Notes under the pieces: generated by a model
Seen by the model: the letters and a program-made list of their open reading frames with translations, nothing else
The model's database searches: none
Told to the model about the DNA's origin: nothing
Translations under genes and position numbers: made by a program
In this document: in pieces, positions 16,612-26,562 of the stretch
How positions within the stretch are numbered: the first letter of the stretch is position 1
Layout of the letters: every line of letters begins with the position of its first letter
Assembly: GCA_963848365.1 (NCBI GenBank)
Contig: CAWKDI010000015.1
Span: forward strand, 29,037 to 93,036
Length of the DNA: 64,000 nucleotides
Reading direction: 5' to 3'
DNA from: an uncultured Acidobacteriota bacterium
GTDB taxonomy: Bacteria > Acidobacteriota > Terriglobia > Acidiferrales > UBA7541

Positions 16612-19518
16612 TTGACGAGGAGAGTGTGTATGCACGGGGTCGTAATTCGTTCGCTGTGGATAGGTGTCCGCGTTCTTGCTGTAGCTGTTTTGTTGATTTC
16701 TTCAACTTCAGACGTTCTTCGGGCACAGGAGACTGTCAATTACGCCAGCGTCAGCGGTGATGTGACAGATCCGTCGGGTGGTGTTGTGGCTGGGGCAGAC
16801 ATCACCGCCCGCCAGATCGATACCAACGTAATCAGCTCAACCACGACGGATAGCGAAGGACGCTTCCGTTTTCCGTACCTGAAGGTTGGGCAGTACGAAA
16901 TTAAAGTTAAGCAGCAAGGCTTCGGTGATGCGACACGTGAGGTGACGCTAACCGTTGGCTCGGCGTTCGAATTGGCCATTCCGCTGGAGGTCGGCATTGC
17001 CAAGGAAAGTGTGAATGTCAGCGGCGAAGCGGCGGCAATCGAAACAGCGCGCACCCAAGTCGCCGGCACGGTCACTCAAAATGAAGTGAATAGCCTGCCG
17101 CTCAATGGGCGCAGTTTCCTCAACCTGACGCTGCTCGTTCCCGGGGTTTCTCCCACCAACACGGCCAGCACACAGTTATTCGCGGAGACTTCGGCTGTCC
17201 CCGGACAGGGCATTTCAGTCAGCAGCCAGCGCAATTTCTCAAACAGTTTCATCGTGGATGGTCTTTCCGCCAACGATGACGCAGCAGGGCTCGTTCTGAC
17301 GTTTTATGGTTTGGACGTGGTGCAGGAATTTCAGGTCGTCACTTCGGGAGGGCAAGCGGAGTTCGGCCGCGCCCTAGGCGGCTACGTGAACATGGTCACG
17401 AAGAGCGGAACCGACGCAGTTCATGGTGCGGTGTACGGGTATTTTCAGAATCAGCGATTCAACGCCGAAAATGCTCTCTCTCACGCGAACCTTCCACTGA
17501 CACAGGCTCAATACGGCGCCAGTATCGGGGGACCGATCATTAACGGCCGTACCTTTTATTTTGCCAATTTCGAGCAACGCCTATTAAACCAGGCCGGCAA
17601 TCCCGTCATCACCATCACGCCGGCGAATCTCGCCAGTATCAACGCCCGGCTTACGGCGGTGGGCTACAGAGGCCCTTTGATTTCCACCGGCCAATATCCG
17701 AATCCCGTTCACAACGTCAATTTTCTGGGAAAGATGGACCACAGCTTCAACGAGAAGGATCAATTCAGTGCCCGCTACAGCCTGTATGACGTTCACTCCA
17801 CAAACTCGCGCGGGGTTGGCGGTTTGAGCGCGGTGAGCGCGGCGGCTGGACTGAGCGACCTCGATCAAACTGCGGCCGTCAGCAACGTTTACACTTTCTC
17901 AGCACGTACTGTAAACGAAACGCGGGCCCAATTCACCAACAGCAACCTGTTGGCACCCCCGAATGACGCCATCGGGCCGGCGGTGAGCATATCCGGAGCC
18001 GCTTCTTTTGGAACGCTCTCGGGTTCTCCCACCGGACGCCTCGACCGGCTTTTCGAAATTGCGGACAATCTATCGCACCAGAAGGGGCCGCATGCCCTTC
18101 GCGCAGGCGTGGACTTCCTCTACAACGATCTCACCATCACTTTCCCGCAATCCATTCGCGGCAGCTATTCCTTCTCCAGCGTGAGCAGCTTTCTGACGGG
18201 AACCTATAGCACCTTTACTCAGACCTTCGGCAACCCCGTGGTGCCGCAGACGAACCCCAATATCGGGTTCTATGGGCAGGATGAATGGCAAGTGAATCAT
18301 GGTCTTACGGTGAATGCCGGCGTGCGGTACGACCTGGAATTCCTGAAGTCCATCGCCACGGATACCAACAACGTTTCGCCCCGGTTGGGGTTTGCCTGGT
18401 CGCCGTTTGCCCAGAAGCATACCGTCGTGCGCGGAGGGTTTGGGATCTTTTATGACCGCGTGGCATTGCGGCCGCTGGCCAACGCTCTACTCTCCGGGGG
18501 AAACACCACCAATGTCACTCAAATCCAGCTGCTGAGCACCACCCTTAATTTCGGTCAGACGGGAGCGCCCGTGTTTCCGAACATCCTTGCGAGTGCGCCC
18601 TCTGGCTTGCCGGTCAGCTTTTCCACGATGGACCCGCACATGCCAAACGCTTACTCCGAGCAAGCTAGCCTGGAGATCGAACAGCAACTGGGCAGCCACG
18701 GTACACTGAGCGTGAACTATCAGCATCTTCGTGGCGTTGATTTCATCATTTCAGTCAATTTGAATACACCCACGTGCACGGCGGCAGTCGATCCGGTCAA
18801 CTTGTGCCGTCCGAATCCCGGCTATCAAAACAACAAGCAATATTCCCCAGGAGCAGATTCTGAGTATGACGGCCTCTCGGTTTCTTATGTGGACCGGCCG
18901 ACTGGCTGGGGAACCTTCCGCGTCTCCTACACCTACTCGAAGGCCCTGGACGATGTGAGCGAGTTCTTCTTCAGCGCGCCGCTCAACAACTTCAACATCC
19001 ACCAGGACTGGGGTCGTTCCGACGACGACCAGCGCCACCGTCTGGTGTTTGACACGACGCTTCATACTTCGACCGACCGGGCAACCACCGCCTGGCAACG
19101 CATCAGTCATGGGTTTCAGCTCAACGGAATCCTGACGTATTACTCCTCTTTGCCCTTCAACATTGTGAGCGGAGCCAACACGATTCAGACCACGGCAGGC
19201 AGGCCGTGCCCGGGACTTGCCGGGAACGCCTCCGCTTGCACGAGCAACGTGGGGTTGATGATCGGCCGGAACACCGGCACGGGTTTTGATTCCTTCAGCC
19301 TAAACACGCGTCTGAGCCGGAACTTTGCCATTGGCGAGCGCTTCCGCCTCGAAGCGATCGCCGAATTGTTCAACGCTCTCAATCACACAAACTACCAAAT
19401 ACCGAACAACTCGTTCGGCACGGGTGTGTATCCGACCAATCCTTCATCCACCTTCGGTCAGCCCACGGCCGTTGGAGGCCCGCGCGCCGCCGAACTGGCA
19501 TTGCGTGTGAGCTTCTAA
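16612..19518 (+). CDS. TonB-dependent outer-membrane receptor with N-terminal CarboxypepD_reg domain
   Basis: SGDVTDPSGGVVAGADITARQ..TDSEGRFRFPYLKVGQYEIKV; plug (LPLNGRSFLNLTLLVPG); long barrel ending ..AELALRVSF (aromatic C-terminus). Confidence 0.9.
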   Translation: MTRRVCMHGVVIRSLWIGVRVLAVAVLLISSTSDVLRAQETVNYASVSGDVTDPSGGVVAGADITARQIDTNVISSTTTDSEGRFRFPYLKVGQYEIKVKQQGFGDATREVTLTVGSAFELAIPLEVGIAKESVNVSGEAAAIETARTQVAGTVTQNEVNSLPLNGRSFLNLTLLVPGVSPTNTASTQLFAETSAVPGQGISVSSQRNFSNSFIVDGLSANDDAAGLVLTFYGLDVVQEFQVVTSGGQAEFGRALGGYVNMVTKSGTDAVHGAVYGYFQNQRFNAENALSHANLPLTQAQYGASIGGPIINGRTFYFANFEQRLLNQAGNPVITITPANLASINARLTAVGYRGPLISTGQYPNPVHNVNFLGKMDHSFNEKDQFSARYSLYDVHSTNSRGVGGLSAVSAAAGLSDLDQTAAVSNVYTFSARTVNETRAQFTNSNLLAPPNDAIGPAVSISGAASFGTLSGSPTGRLDRLFEIADNLSHQKGPHALRAGVDFLYNDLTITFPQSIRGSYSFSSVSSFLTGTYSTFTQTFGNPVVPQTNPNIGFYGQDEWQVNHGLTVNAGVRYDLEFLKSIATDTNNVSPRLGFAWSPFAQKHTVVRGGFGIFYDRVALRPLANALLSGGNTTNVTQIQLLSTTLNFGQTGAPVFPNILASAPSGLPVSFSTMDPHMPNAYSEQASLEIEQQLGSHGTLSVNYQHLRGVDFIISVNLNTPTCTAAVDPVNLCRPNPGYQNNKQYSPGADSEYDGLSVSYVDRPTGWGTFRVSYTYSKALDDVSEFFFSAPLNNFNIHQDWGRSDDDQRHRLVFDTTLHTSTDRATTAWQRISHGFQLNGILTYYSSLPFNIVSGANTIQTTAGRPCPGLAGNASACTSNVGLMIGRNTGTGFDSFSLNTRLSRNFAIGERFRLEAIAELFNALNHTNYQIPNNSFGTGVYPTNPSSTFGQPTAVGGPRAAELALRVSF

Positions 19519-19543
19519 GACCGGGGATCTGGGGAGGTTTTTA

Positions 19544-21322
19544 ATGATCCACGGACGTCTCGATAAACGGACATGGCAGAGGGCGCTAATCGTGGCCCTC
19601 TGCTTTGTCTGCGGGACGCCGGCGGTTCACGCGCATGCGACACTGCTGCAAACCGAACCCGCAGCAGACAGCCGCATGGAACACGCACCGAGCCGCGTGC
19701 TTCTCTCGTTCAATGAGCGTGTCGAGACGGTTTTTAACTCGATTGAGGTTCTCAACCAGAAAGGAGAGCGAGTCGATAGTGGAGTTCCACAGGTGACCGG
19801 TGAAGGCGATGTTCTGGCGATAGGCTTGAGATCACTGAATGCGGGCCAATACGTTGTTTTTTGGAGGGTGATTTCTTTGGACGGTCACCAGGTTCAAGGA
19901 CACTTCGGTTTTGGCGTTGACTCGATGCCTCCCAGCGAAGGCGAGATGACTCGCTTTCCTCATGGCAGCGAGAGGACGACTTGGAACTCATACACTTCGA
20001 TTGTCAAGTGGTTCGGTCTGGTGGGGATGGTGGTTGGCCTTGGCGGACTCAGTTTTTGGTTATGGGCATTCGGTCCCGCGGTCCATACGGTACAACGACC
20101 CGCGATCGAGCGCGCCGCACTGGTTCGCCAAGCCGAAAAGCGCATCCACAAGATTCTCTGGGCAGCAGCTTCTGCCTTTCTTGTCTCTCAATGTCTTGCG
20201 TTGATCGACCAAGCGATGGTCTTCACCGATTTCCCTTCAATCACCGCCCTCTCACCACTAACGATCTGGACCGTAGTTGAGATGACCAACTATGGGCGGT
20301 GGTGGAGTGTCCGAATGACAGCTTCCGTCGCACTTGTTGGTCTTTGTGTTTTTGGTTTACGGTCAGTCGCCTCACGGGTGGGCAAAAGTTCCGCTTTCCC
20401 AGCGCGAAGCCTGCTGTTGGCGATTATTTTGGCAGTTCTGGGAAGTGTGGTTCTGATTTCAATTTCGTTAACTGGACACGCCCGAGCAGTTTCACGCTGG
20501 CCAGTTCTCGCAGTTGGTAGTGATTGGGCTCATTTGGCTGCGACGACAATCTGGATAGGGGGACTTGCCTTCCTCTGGATAACTGTTTCGATTGAAGAGG
20601 GCAAAAACGAAGAAGGGACAGAGTTTCTTTTGGCCGTGGCGACCCGATTTTCATTAATCGCACGGATCTGTGTCGCAGTGCTTGTAATAACGGGGATTTA
20701 TGCCGCTTGGCTTCACATGCCCAATTGGAGATCTTTCGTTTCTACAGACTACGGTCGAGTGCTCTCAATCAAACTTCTCATCATCGTTCCTTTGTTCTTG
20801 ATCGGCCTTATAAATTGGCGATGTGTATTGCCAGCGTTGGGGCGTTATTCATCGGAGCCCCGAGTAGCACTCGCGCAGACCCGCCGATTGGGGGCCCTCA
20901 TTAAAGCCGAGACCACGTTAGGTGGTGCCGTTCTCCTAGCTGTTGCAATCCTAACGGGCCTTCCTCCTTCTACGGCCGTGGCAATGAATGGACCGGTAAA
21001 TATGAGCCAGCGCAATGCGGATGCAAACATGAGTGTCGCACTGAGGCTCGACTCGGGACAGGCCGGCACGAGGCGCGCAGTTGTTGCTCTCGCGGATTCG
21101 AGAGGGCGCGCCGTCACGGATGCCAAAAGAGTCACCCTCTACTTGGCAATGCTGGATATGAACATGGGCTTAGAAACTGTCCAGGCCGAGCCATCGGCCG
21201 ATGGCACCTATCAGGCAGAACTTGCTCTGACGATGCCTGGTAGATGGAGGATCAGCGTCGAGGTTTCGCCTGCTCGTGGAGATACATTCGTGACGGAATT
21301 CAACTTTTCTTCGGGACTATAA
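19544..21322 (+). CDS. CopC-CopD-YtkA tri-domain copper transport protein (YcnJ-like architecture)
   Basis: The N-terminus HAHATLLQTEPAADS..VVFWRVISLDGHQVQGHFGFGV is CopC-like. A multi-TM CopD-like core follows. The C-terminal soluble domain ..TLYLAMLDMNMGLETVQAEPSADGTYQAEL..GRWRISVEV is YtkA/FixH-like. Confidence 0.85.
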   Translation: MIHGRLDKRTWQRALIVALCFVCGTPAVHAHATLLQTEPAADSRMEHAPSRVLLSFNERVETVFNSIEVLNQKGERVDSGVPQVTGEGDVLAIGLRSLNAGQYVVFWRVISLDGHQVQGHFGFGVDSMPPSEGEMTRFPHGSERTTWNSYTSIVKWFGLVGMVVGLGGLSFWLWAFGPAVHTVQRPAIERAALVRQAEKRIHKILWAAASAFLVSQCLALIDQAMVFTDFPSITALSPLTIWTVVEMTNYGRWWSVRMTASVALVGLCVFGLRSVASRVGKSSAFPARSLLLAIILAVLGSVVLISISLTGHARAVSRWPVLAVGSDWAHLAATTIWIGGLAFLWITVSIEEGKNEEGTEFLLAVATRFSLIARICVAVLVITGIYAAWLHMPNWRSFVSTDYGRVLSIKLLIIVPLFLIGLINWRCVLPALGRYSSEPRVALAQTRRLGALIKAETTLGGAVLLAVAILTGLPPSTAVAMNGPVNMSQRNADANMSVALRLDSGQAGTRRAVVALADSRGRAVTDAKRVTLYLAMLDMNMGLETVQAEPSADGTYQAELALTMPGRWRISVEVSPARGDTFVTEFNFSSGL

Positions 21323-21356
21323 ACATTTCGCCTCTTCTAAGAGAAGGGAGAAAACT

Positions 21357-22076
21357 GTGAGACATCAGATGTTGGGAATGCTTCGAATTTCTGTCGTGGG
21401 GGTAGGGCTTTCCCTCTTTCCTGCTTTATCCGGGGCGCACGTAACGCTGAGGCCGAACCAACCACTTCGGCCGGGCAGCTTCGCAGACTTCATCATGAAC
21501 GTCCCCAGCGAAAGAGCGAGCGGCACGGTCAGTGTGAGCCTAGAGGTACCTGAGGCTTTCCTCAAGGCCGGCGGACGTTTGAATCGCGTGGAATATCTTC
21601 CTGGCTGGGAGGTCGTAATTGAGAAGGAGGACAAGCCAGACGAAGTTTATTCAGAAGAGATGGCAGAACGCGAAAAGAGGGGCCATGCATCTGAGGGCGG
21701 AGCGTCATCTGGGACGACAGCGACAAGTGAAAAGGAAAACGAACTACTAAACGAGATGCGAAGGAAATGGATTAAGAAGGTCACTTTCACGGGAGGCATA
21801 ATTCCGCCCGATGGATTCCAGACCTTCCTTCTTTCCTTCCAACTGCCCAGCGCGCCAGGCACATACCGTTTTCCCGCCGTTCAAGTCTATGCGGATGGAA
21901 CTGAGATTTCATGGGTGGAATTGGTTCAAGGAGCGCAGCACCCTGCGCCCTCCATAATCTTGGACAATCGGCAGGAGCACCCGGCATCGCAACAACTCCC
22001 GCTTGTGCTGTCTGCTCTTGCTCTCTTGATGGCTGCAGGTCTCGCTGTCGACCGTTTTCGCCGAGGCAAAGCATGA
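21357..22076 (+). CDS. YcnI/DUF1775-family copper-binding protein with C-terminal TM anchor
   Basis: Signal peptide followed directly by HVTLRPNQ (N-terminal His after cleavage). C-terminal LPLVLSALALLMAAGLAV. Its stop overlaps the next start (ATGA at 22073). Confidence 0.75.
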   Translation: MRHQMLGMLRISVVGVGLSLFPALSGAHVTLRPNQPLRPGSFADFIMNVPSERASGTVSVSLEVPEAFLKAGGRLNRVEYLPGWEVVIEKEDKPDEVYSEEMAEREKRGHASEGGASSGTTATSEKENELLNEMRRKWIKKVTFTGGIIPPDGFQTFLLSFQLPSAPGTYRFPAVQVYADGTEISWVELVQGAQHPAPSIILDNRQEHPASQQLPLVLSALALLMAAGLAVDRFRRGKA

Positions 22077-22960
22077 ACGGTCTGAGGCGTAGAAAATCCG
22101 AATCTAAACTCGTAGCAGTTTCTACGTCAGTCGCGCTGGCCTGCCTTCTGACTGCCTGTAGCAACTCGCCGAAGCACTATTCCCTGCAAGGACGGGTACT
22201 GGGGAAAAGCGCCTTGACACAGCAACTCACCGTAAAACATAGCGATATTCCGGGCTTCATGACGGCGATGACGATGACGTATCCCATCAAAGATAGCCAA
22301 GGGTTCCAGCAGGTCCAGCCAGGTGATCTCATTACGGCAGACGTCGTTGTGGGTGGAAATAACGGCTACTGGCTGGAGCACCTGGCAATTAAGGATAAGG
22401 CTGGGCGCGGAACGGTGTCGTCGCTGCCTCCCCATGAACTTCTGCCCGGGGAACCGGTTCCGGATATAGCGCTGACGAATCAGGATGGGCAAGCGCTGCA
22501 CCTCGCTGACTTCAGAGGGAAAGCTCTACTGGTCACGTTTGTATACACGCGCTGCCCCTTTGCAACTTTTTGTCCGCTTACGAGCAGTAAGTTTGCGGCG
22601 ATCCAAAAAGAGCTGGCGAAAACGCCGGGAGACTACGAAAAGACGCATTTGATAACCATCAGTCTCGATCCTAAATACGACACACCCCCAGTCATGCGGA
22701 AGTATGGTCTCGCTTACCTCTCCGACGATCCCAAGGGATTCGGGCACTGGGAATTTGTCTCGACCAGCCCGGACGATTTGAGGAAGCTCGCGACCGCGTT
22801 TGGGCTCGAATATTTTGAACAGGACAACCTGATATCACACTCGATGAAAACCGTTCTGTTGGCCACGGATGGAACCGTGTCTCACAGCTGGTCGGACAAT
22901 CAATGGACGAATTCGGATGTGGTTGCGGCACTGCGGCAACAAGCAGGCATCCGTCGATGA
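22073..22960 (+). CDS. SCO/SenC-family thioredoxin-fold lipoprotein with N-terminal CusF-like Met-rich domain
   Basis: Lipobox LLTAC. LTVKHSDIPGFMTAMTMTYPI (CusF-like). FVYTRCPFATFCP (SCO-type Cys pair with unusual 5-residue spacing). The track start at 21911 overlaps ycnI and is rejected. Confidence 0.8.
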   Translation: MNGLRRRKSESKLVAVSTSVALACLLTACSNSPKHYSLQGRVLGKSALTQQLTVKHSDIPGFMTAMTMTYPIKDSQGFQQVQPGDLITADVVVGGNNGYWLEHLAIKDKAGRGTVSSLPPHELLPGEPVPDIALTNQDGQALHLADFRGKALLVTFVYTRCPFATFCPLTSSKFAAIQKELAKTPGDYEKTHLITISLDPKYDTPPVMRKYGLAYLSDDPKGFGHWEFVSTSPDDLRKLATAFGLEYFEQDNLISHSMKTVLLATDGTVSHSWSDNQWTNSDVVAALRQQAGIRR

Positions 22961-23071
22961 AGGGGTGACCTTAATGGAATCACAGACCACCGATGCCGAG
23001 CTGGGGCGGCGGAAATGAATCAGCTAGCCGATCTCAGCGGGACCGGTTATGGACCAAGGTAAGGAGAAGTT

Positions 23072-23446
23072 GTGCGATGGAAGCGGAATTCAGGATTGTT
23101 CACCGGAGGGGTTCTTGTATTGGAGATTTGCTTGTCTTCCTGTTCAGGCGACGTAAGCGACCGTCGAACTTCAGAAGCCGAGCGAAGAGGTCAGGGGCTC
23201 TATGCCCTTTGGTGTGCGCCATGCCACGAAGCGAACGACCTGCACTTGGTAAAAGACCCTCCGAAACTGCCTGGCTTATTCTTCCAGCAATCGCTGCCGA
23301 GTGGCGCGGCGGCAACGGAGGAAAATGTGCGAAAGACAATATTGGAGGGACGCGGCATTATGCCTCCATTTCAACAGGCTCTCAACAAGGATGAGGTCGA
23401 CGACCTGATGCAGTTTCTTCACAGCTTCAAGGGCAACGGCGATTAG
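23072..23446 (+). CDS. Class I c-type cytochrome, lipoprotein
   Basis: CAPCH haem motif, a downstream GIMPPF Met ligand region and an LSSCS lipobox-like signal. Confidence 0.75.
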   Translation: MRWKRNSGLFTGGVLVLEICLSSCSGDVSDRRTSEAERRGQGLYALWCAPCHEANDLHLVKDPPKLPGLFFQQSLPSGAAATEENVRKTILEGRGIMPPFQQALNKDEVDDLMQFLHSFKGNGD

Positions 23447-23511
23447 GCGAGCGACCAGCCAATCGAAGTGTGGACTGGTCACGGCCACTGCAATAGAAAA
23501 CGAGAACAAAC

Positions 23512-24249
23512 ATGTTTCAACAGCGGCGAGATTTGATCAAACTAGCGGGAATATCGGCACTCGCAAGTATGGGCGTCCTCACGCCCAATTCATCCAGCGG
23601 GCAGACACACACTGCCAAGGCAGGGCAGCCGTTCACGCTGCCAGCGCTGCCATACGGCTATGAAGCATTAGAACCATATATTGACGCCGAAACGATGCAT
23701 TTGCATCACGACAAGCACCACGCGGCGTATGTGAATAATCTAAACAATGCGGTAGCAAACTCCCCAGATGTTGCTGCGATGTCCGTTGAGGAACTGGTTC
23801 GGCACTTGGATAAAGTCCCCGAACCGATTCGCACGGTCGTCCGTAACAACGGCGGTGGTCATGCAAATCATTCCTTTTTCTGGCAGATCATGCACAGCAA
23901 CGGCCCGGACCGGCCACAGGGAGAGTTGGCGCGGGCCATCGATACCAAATTCGGTAGCTTCTCCGGATTTCAAGACCAGTTTACGAAGGCCACGCTGAGT
24001 GTCTTCGGCAGTGGGTGGGCTTGGCTCAGTTCCGATGACAGGGGCGGCATTGCCATCGAGACAACGCCCAATCAAGACAGCCCGTGGATGGCGGGAAGAA
24101 CTCCGCTGCTGGGAATCGACGTTTGGGAGCACGCCTACTATCTGAAGTACAAAAACGTTCGTGCGGATTACGTCACCGCGTTCTATGAGGTGATCTCCTG
24201 GGACGCGGTGAGCGAGCGATTCCACAATATTCCTGTCCAGAAGTCCTAG
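23512..24249 (+). CDS. Fe/Mn superoxide dismutase with Tat-type signal peptide
   Basis: MFQQRRDLIKLAGISALASMG; HLHHDKHHAAYVNNLN; DVWEHAYYLKY. Confidence 0.9.
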   Translation: MFQQRRDLIKLAGISALASMGVLTPNSSSGQTHTAKAGQPFTLPALPYGYEALEPYIDAETMHLHHDKHHAAYVNNLNNAVANSPDVAAMSVEELVRHLDKVPEPIRTVVRNNGGGHANHSFFWQIMHSNGPDRPQGELARAIDTKFGSFSGFQDQFTKATLSVFGSGWAWLSSDDRGGIAIETTPNQDSPWMAGRTPLLGIDVWEHAYYLKYKNVRADYVTAFYEVISWDAVSERFHNIPVQKS

Positions 24250-24278
24250 TTGCGCAATGTAGCGTGAGGGAGCGAAAA

Positions 24279-24728
24279 ATGAAGATTCTACTGCTTCTCT
24301 TGGCAACGACGGTTATCCCGCCCATACCATCACCATACCAATCGGAGCGCATTGTGCACCTTGAGGACTCGCTGTTAGCGCCATGCTGCTACACGCAACC
24401 GGTTTCCAAACACATGAGCGATATTGCATTCGACATGCGGAAGGAAATTGGCGAGATGGTTCTGGCCGGAAAGTCGGACAGAGAGATATTGGATCACTAC
24501 AAAGCATTGTATGGCCTTCAAATCCTGGTCGATCCCGAAGGGACCAGGCACAAGGTGATGTATGGCCTGCCGCCCCTATCTGCGATTGCCGGGTTCATGG
24601 CGGTCTTGTTTTTCATCCGAAGATCGGTCAACCGGCAAAGGCACGACGGACCTTCCGACGTTGGCACTTCTGCGATCTATGAGCACTATAAAGGGAAAAT
24701 CCAATCTGATCTGCGGAACTACGAGTGA
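24279..24728 (+). CDS. CcmH/NrfF-like protein lacking the canonical CXXC
   Basis: LLAPCCYTQPVSKHMSDIAFDMRKEIGEMVLAGKSDREILDHYKALYG plus a C-terminal TM helix matches the CcmH pattern, but with adjacent CC instead of C-x-x-C. Confidence 0.6.
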   Translation: MKILLLLLATTVIPPIPSPYQSERIVHLEDSLLAPCCYTQPVSKHMSDIAFDMRKEIGEMVLAGKSDREILDHYKALYGLQILVDPEGTRHKVMYGLPPLSAIAGFMAVLFFIRRSVNRQRHDGPSDVGTSAIYEHYKGKIQSDLRNYE

Positions 24729-24734
24729 AAAGGG

Positions 24735-25757
24735 ATGGGAATGAGTGTACGTCCCGTGCCTGAAAAGAGAGGCGTAGATTCAATTCGCCCGACCGCGACA
24801 ACTTTCAGGCTAAAGAAGTTCGTTCAATGGATCGCTTTTCTTGGAGCCGCCCTTCTGATATTGGCGGTTGCGTTCCGACACGGGATTGCGCCGGCCAGCG
24901 GTTCTTTTCTTTCAGTATTCGAAGCAGGACAAACCTCGGCGGTGCTCAATGTCGGAGTGCTGGTCTTTCGCGAGGGACTGGAGTGTGTGCTAGTGTTGGC
25001 CGCTCTCACCGCTGACAGGACTCGATCTGAACGTGGATATCAACGTCCCATTGCTGTGGGGGCAGGTGTTGGGTTTCTGGCAACTCTTGTAACCTGGCAT
25101 TTCGCTGTGCTCATCCTCGATGATCTCGGAAAGAATATTTCGGCCCTTGCCGTTCAGGCCGGAACCGGATTGGTGGCAATTGTCGTTCTTCTGGTGGTCA
25201 TGAACTGGTTCTTTCACAAGACCTATTGGACCGGTTGGATTTCGCTCCACACCGAGCGGAAACGAGCACTATTGACAAGCAATCAAACGAAAACTGCCAA
25301 AGCAGGTCTCCTGTGGGGAATGGGCCTCCTGGGATTCACGTCCTTCTACCGGGAGGGGTTTGAGGTTGTGCTCTTCCTTCAAAGTTACAGGCTTAGAGCG
25401 GGTGGCAGATCCGTATTAGGCGGCGTTCTTCTTGGCGTGCTTCTGTCCGGCTTGGTGGCCGTTCTTACGTTCGCAGCTCATCGGCGGTTGCCCTATAGAA
25501 AGATGCTCGTACTGACGGGTGTAATGCTCGGATTCGTCCTGCTGGTGATGGTCGGGGAACAGGCCCAGGAGATGCAACTGGCCCATTGGCTTCCTAAAAC
25601 GGATATTCCCAAGCTCGCAAAGGTGACTCCGGAGTGGATAGGTCTTTGGTTTTCTATTTTTCCGACAGTCGAGACGTTGAGTGCCCAATTGCTCGCAGGC
25701 ATTCTCGTATTGGGCTCATACATCACCGCTCAGCCCTCACGAGTCGCTACGGATTAG
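24735..25757 (+). CDS. FTR1-family high-affinity iron (Fe2+/Pb2+) permease
   Basis: Two REXXE motifs (FREGLECV, YREGFEVV) in a seven-TM-like protein. Confidence 0.85.
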   Translation: MGMSVRPVPEKRGVDSIRPTATTFRLKKFVQWIAFLGAALLILAVAFRHGIAPASGSFLSVFEAGQTSAVLNVGVLVFREGLECVLVLAALTADRTRSERGYQRPIAVGAGVGFLATLVTWHFAVLILDDLGKNISALAVQAGTGLVAIVVLLVVMNWFFHKTYWTGWISLHTERKRALLTSNQTKTAKAGLLWGMGLLGFTSFYREGFEVVLFLQSYRLRAGGRSVLGGVLLGVLLSGLVAVLTFAAHRRLPYRKMLVLTGVMLGFVLLVMVGEQAQEMQLAHWLPKTDIPKLAKVTPEWIGLWFSIFPTVETLSAQLLAGILVLGSYITAQPSRVATD

Positions 25758-25809
25758 TCCGACCCAACGTGGTGTGCATCGCAGAAAAGGATTTGGAGTA
25801 GAGGACAAT

Positions 25810-25998
25810 ATGGGAGATCGAGAGGAAATGCTGGACGAGGTGTTCCGTTTGACGAACCAGCAGGCCAAATCGCTACGAAGCCGACTCAGCGAAGAGGAGG
25901 CCAACAAATGCAGACTCCGCGCTCAGCGTATCGAAGAGCTTCTTGAACGCATCAAGAATGATGGCTTCAGCGGAGAACGTATTTCCGGGGACGGGTAG
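25810..25998 (+). CDS. Small helical hypothetical protein (62 aa)
   Basis: ATG 25810; charged coiled-coil-like sequence. Weak support only. Confidence 0.3.
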   Translation: MGDREEMLDEVFRLTNQQAKSLRSRLSEEEANKCRLRAQRIEELLERIKNDGFSGERISGDG

Positions 25999-26562
25999 CT
26001 CTCGATGTGAAAGCAACCATCTCGAAAGTTCCCGCACGTGGATCGTAGCCGGTGGATTGTCGGGATTCTGATTGCAGCTCAAAGGCAATCAGAAACTTCG
26101 CAGGATCGATGAGCCTTCAGACGTTATCAAGATCTCACCGCTTCAGCCCGCGGTTCCATAAGCTTGCCCGAGGCGAGCGAAATACTGGTGACGTAAATAT
26201 GGCCGCAATTCCGCGAAAGGTAGGCCAACTATAATGTATTGTCGCGCTATTTGGAGAATGTTGGGCGTCACGTTCCATCGATGTGGGGCTGTACCGGATT
26301 GGTTAACACGACTCACAGAAAAGATGACAAATCAAAACGTGGTATTTCTGCCACGATCCAACGTACCGCAAGAGTTCTAAAATCGTCCCCTAGGGCGCGC
26401 CATCCCTCAAGGACCCAAACCCGAGCCCTGGGTAATGGATTCGTCTGCAATGCCTGAAACGGCGGAAGCAGGTGTCGGCAGAAAAATGGGATTGGCCGCT
26501 GTTGTTCCTTGAGAAGAACCTCCTTCGTTAACTCAACAGCCACAATCCACAATTCAACCAGC

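Noticed and set aside
21911-22072. Long N-terminal extension of the SCO ORF
   Set aside because: It overlaps the YcnI gene in another frame. ATG 22073 gives a lipoprotein signal and an ATGA stop/start overlap.
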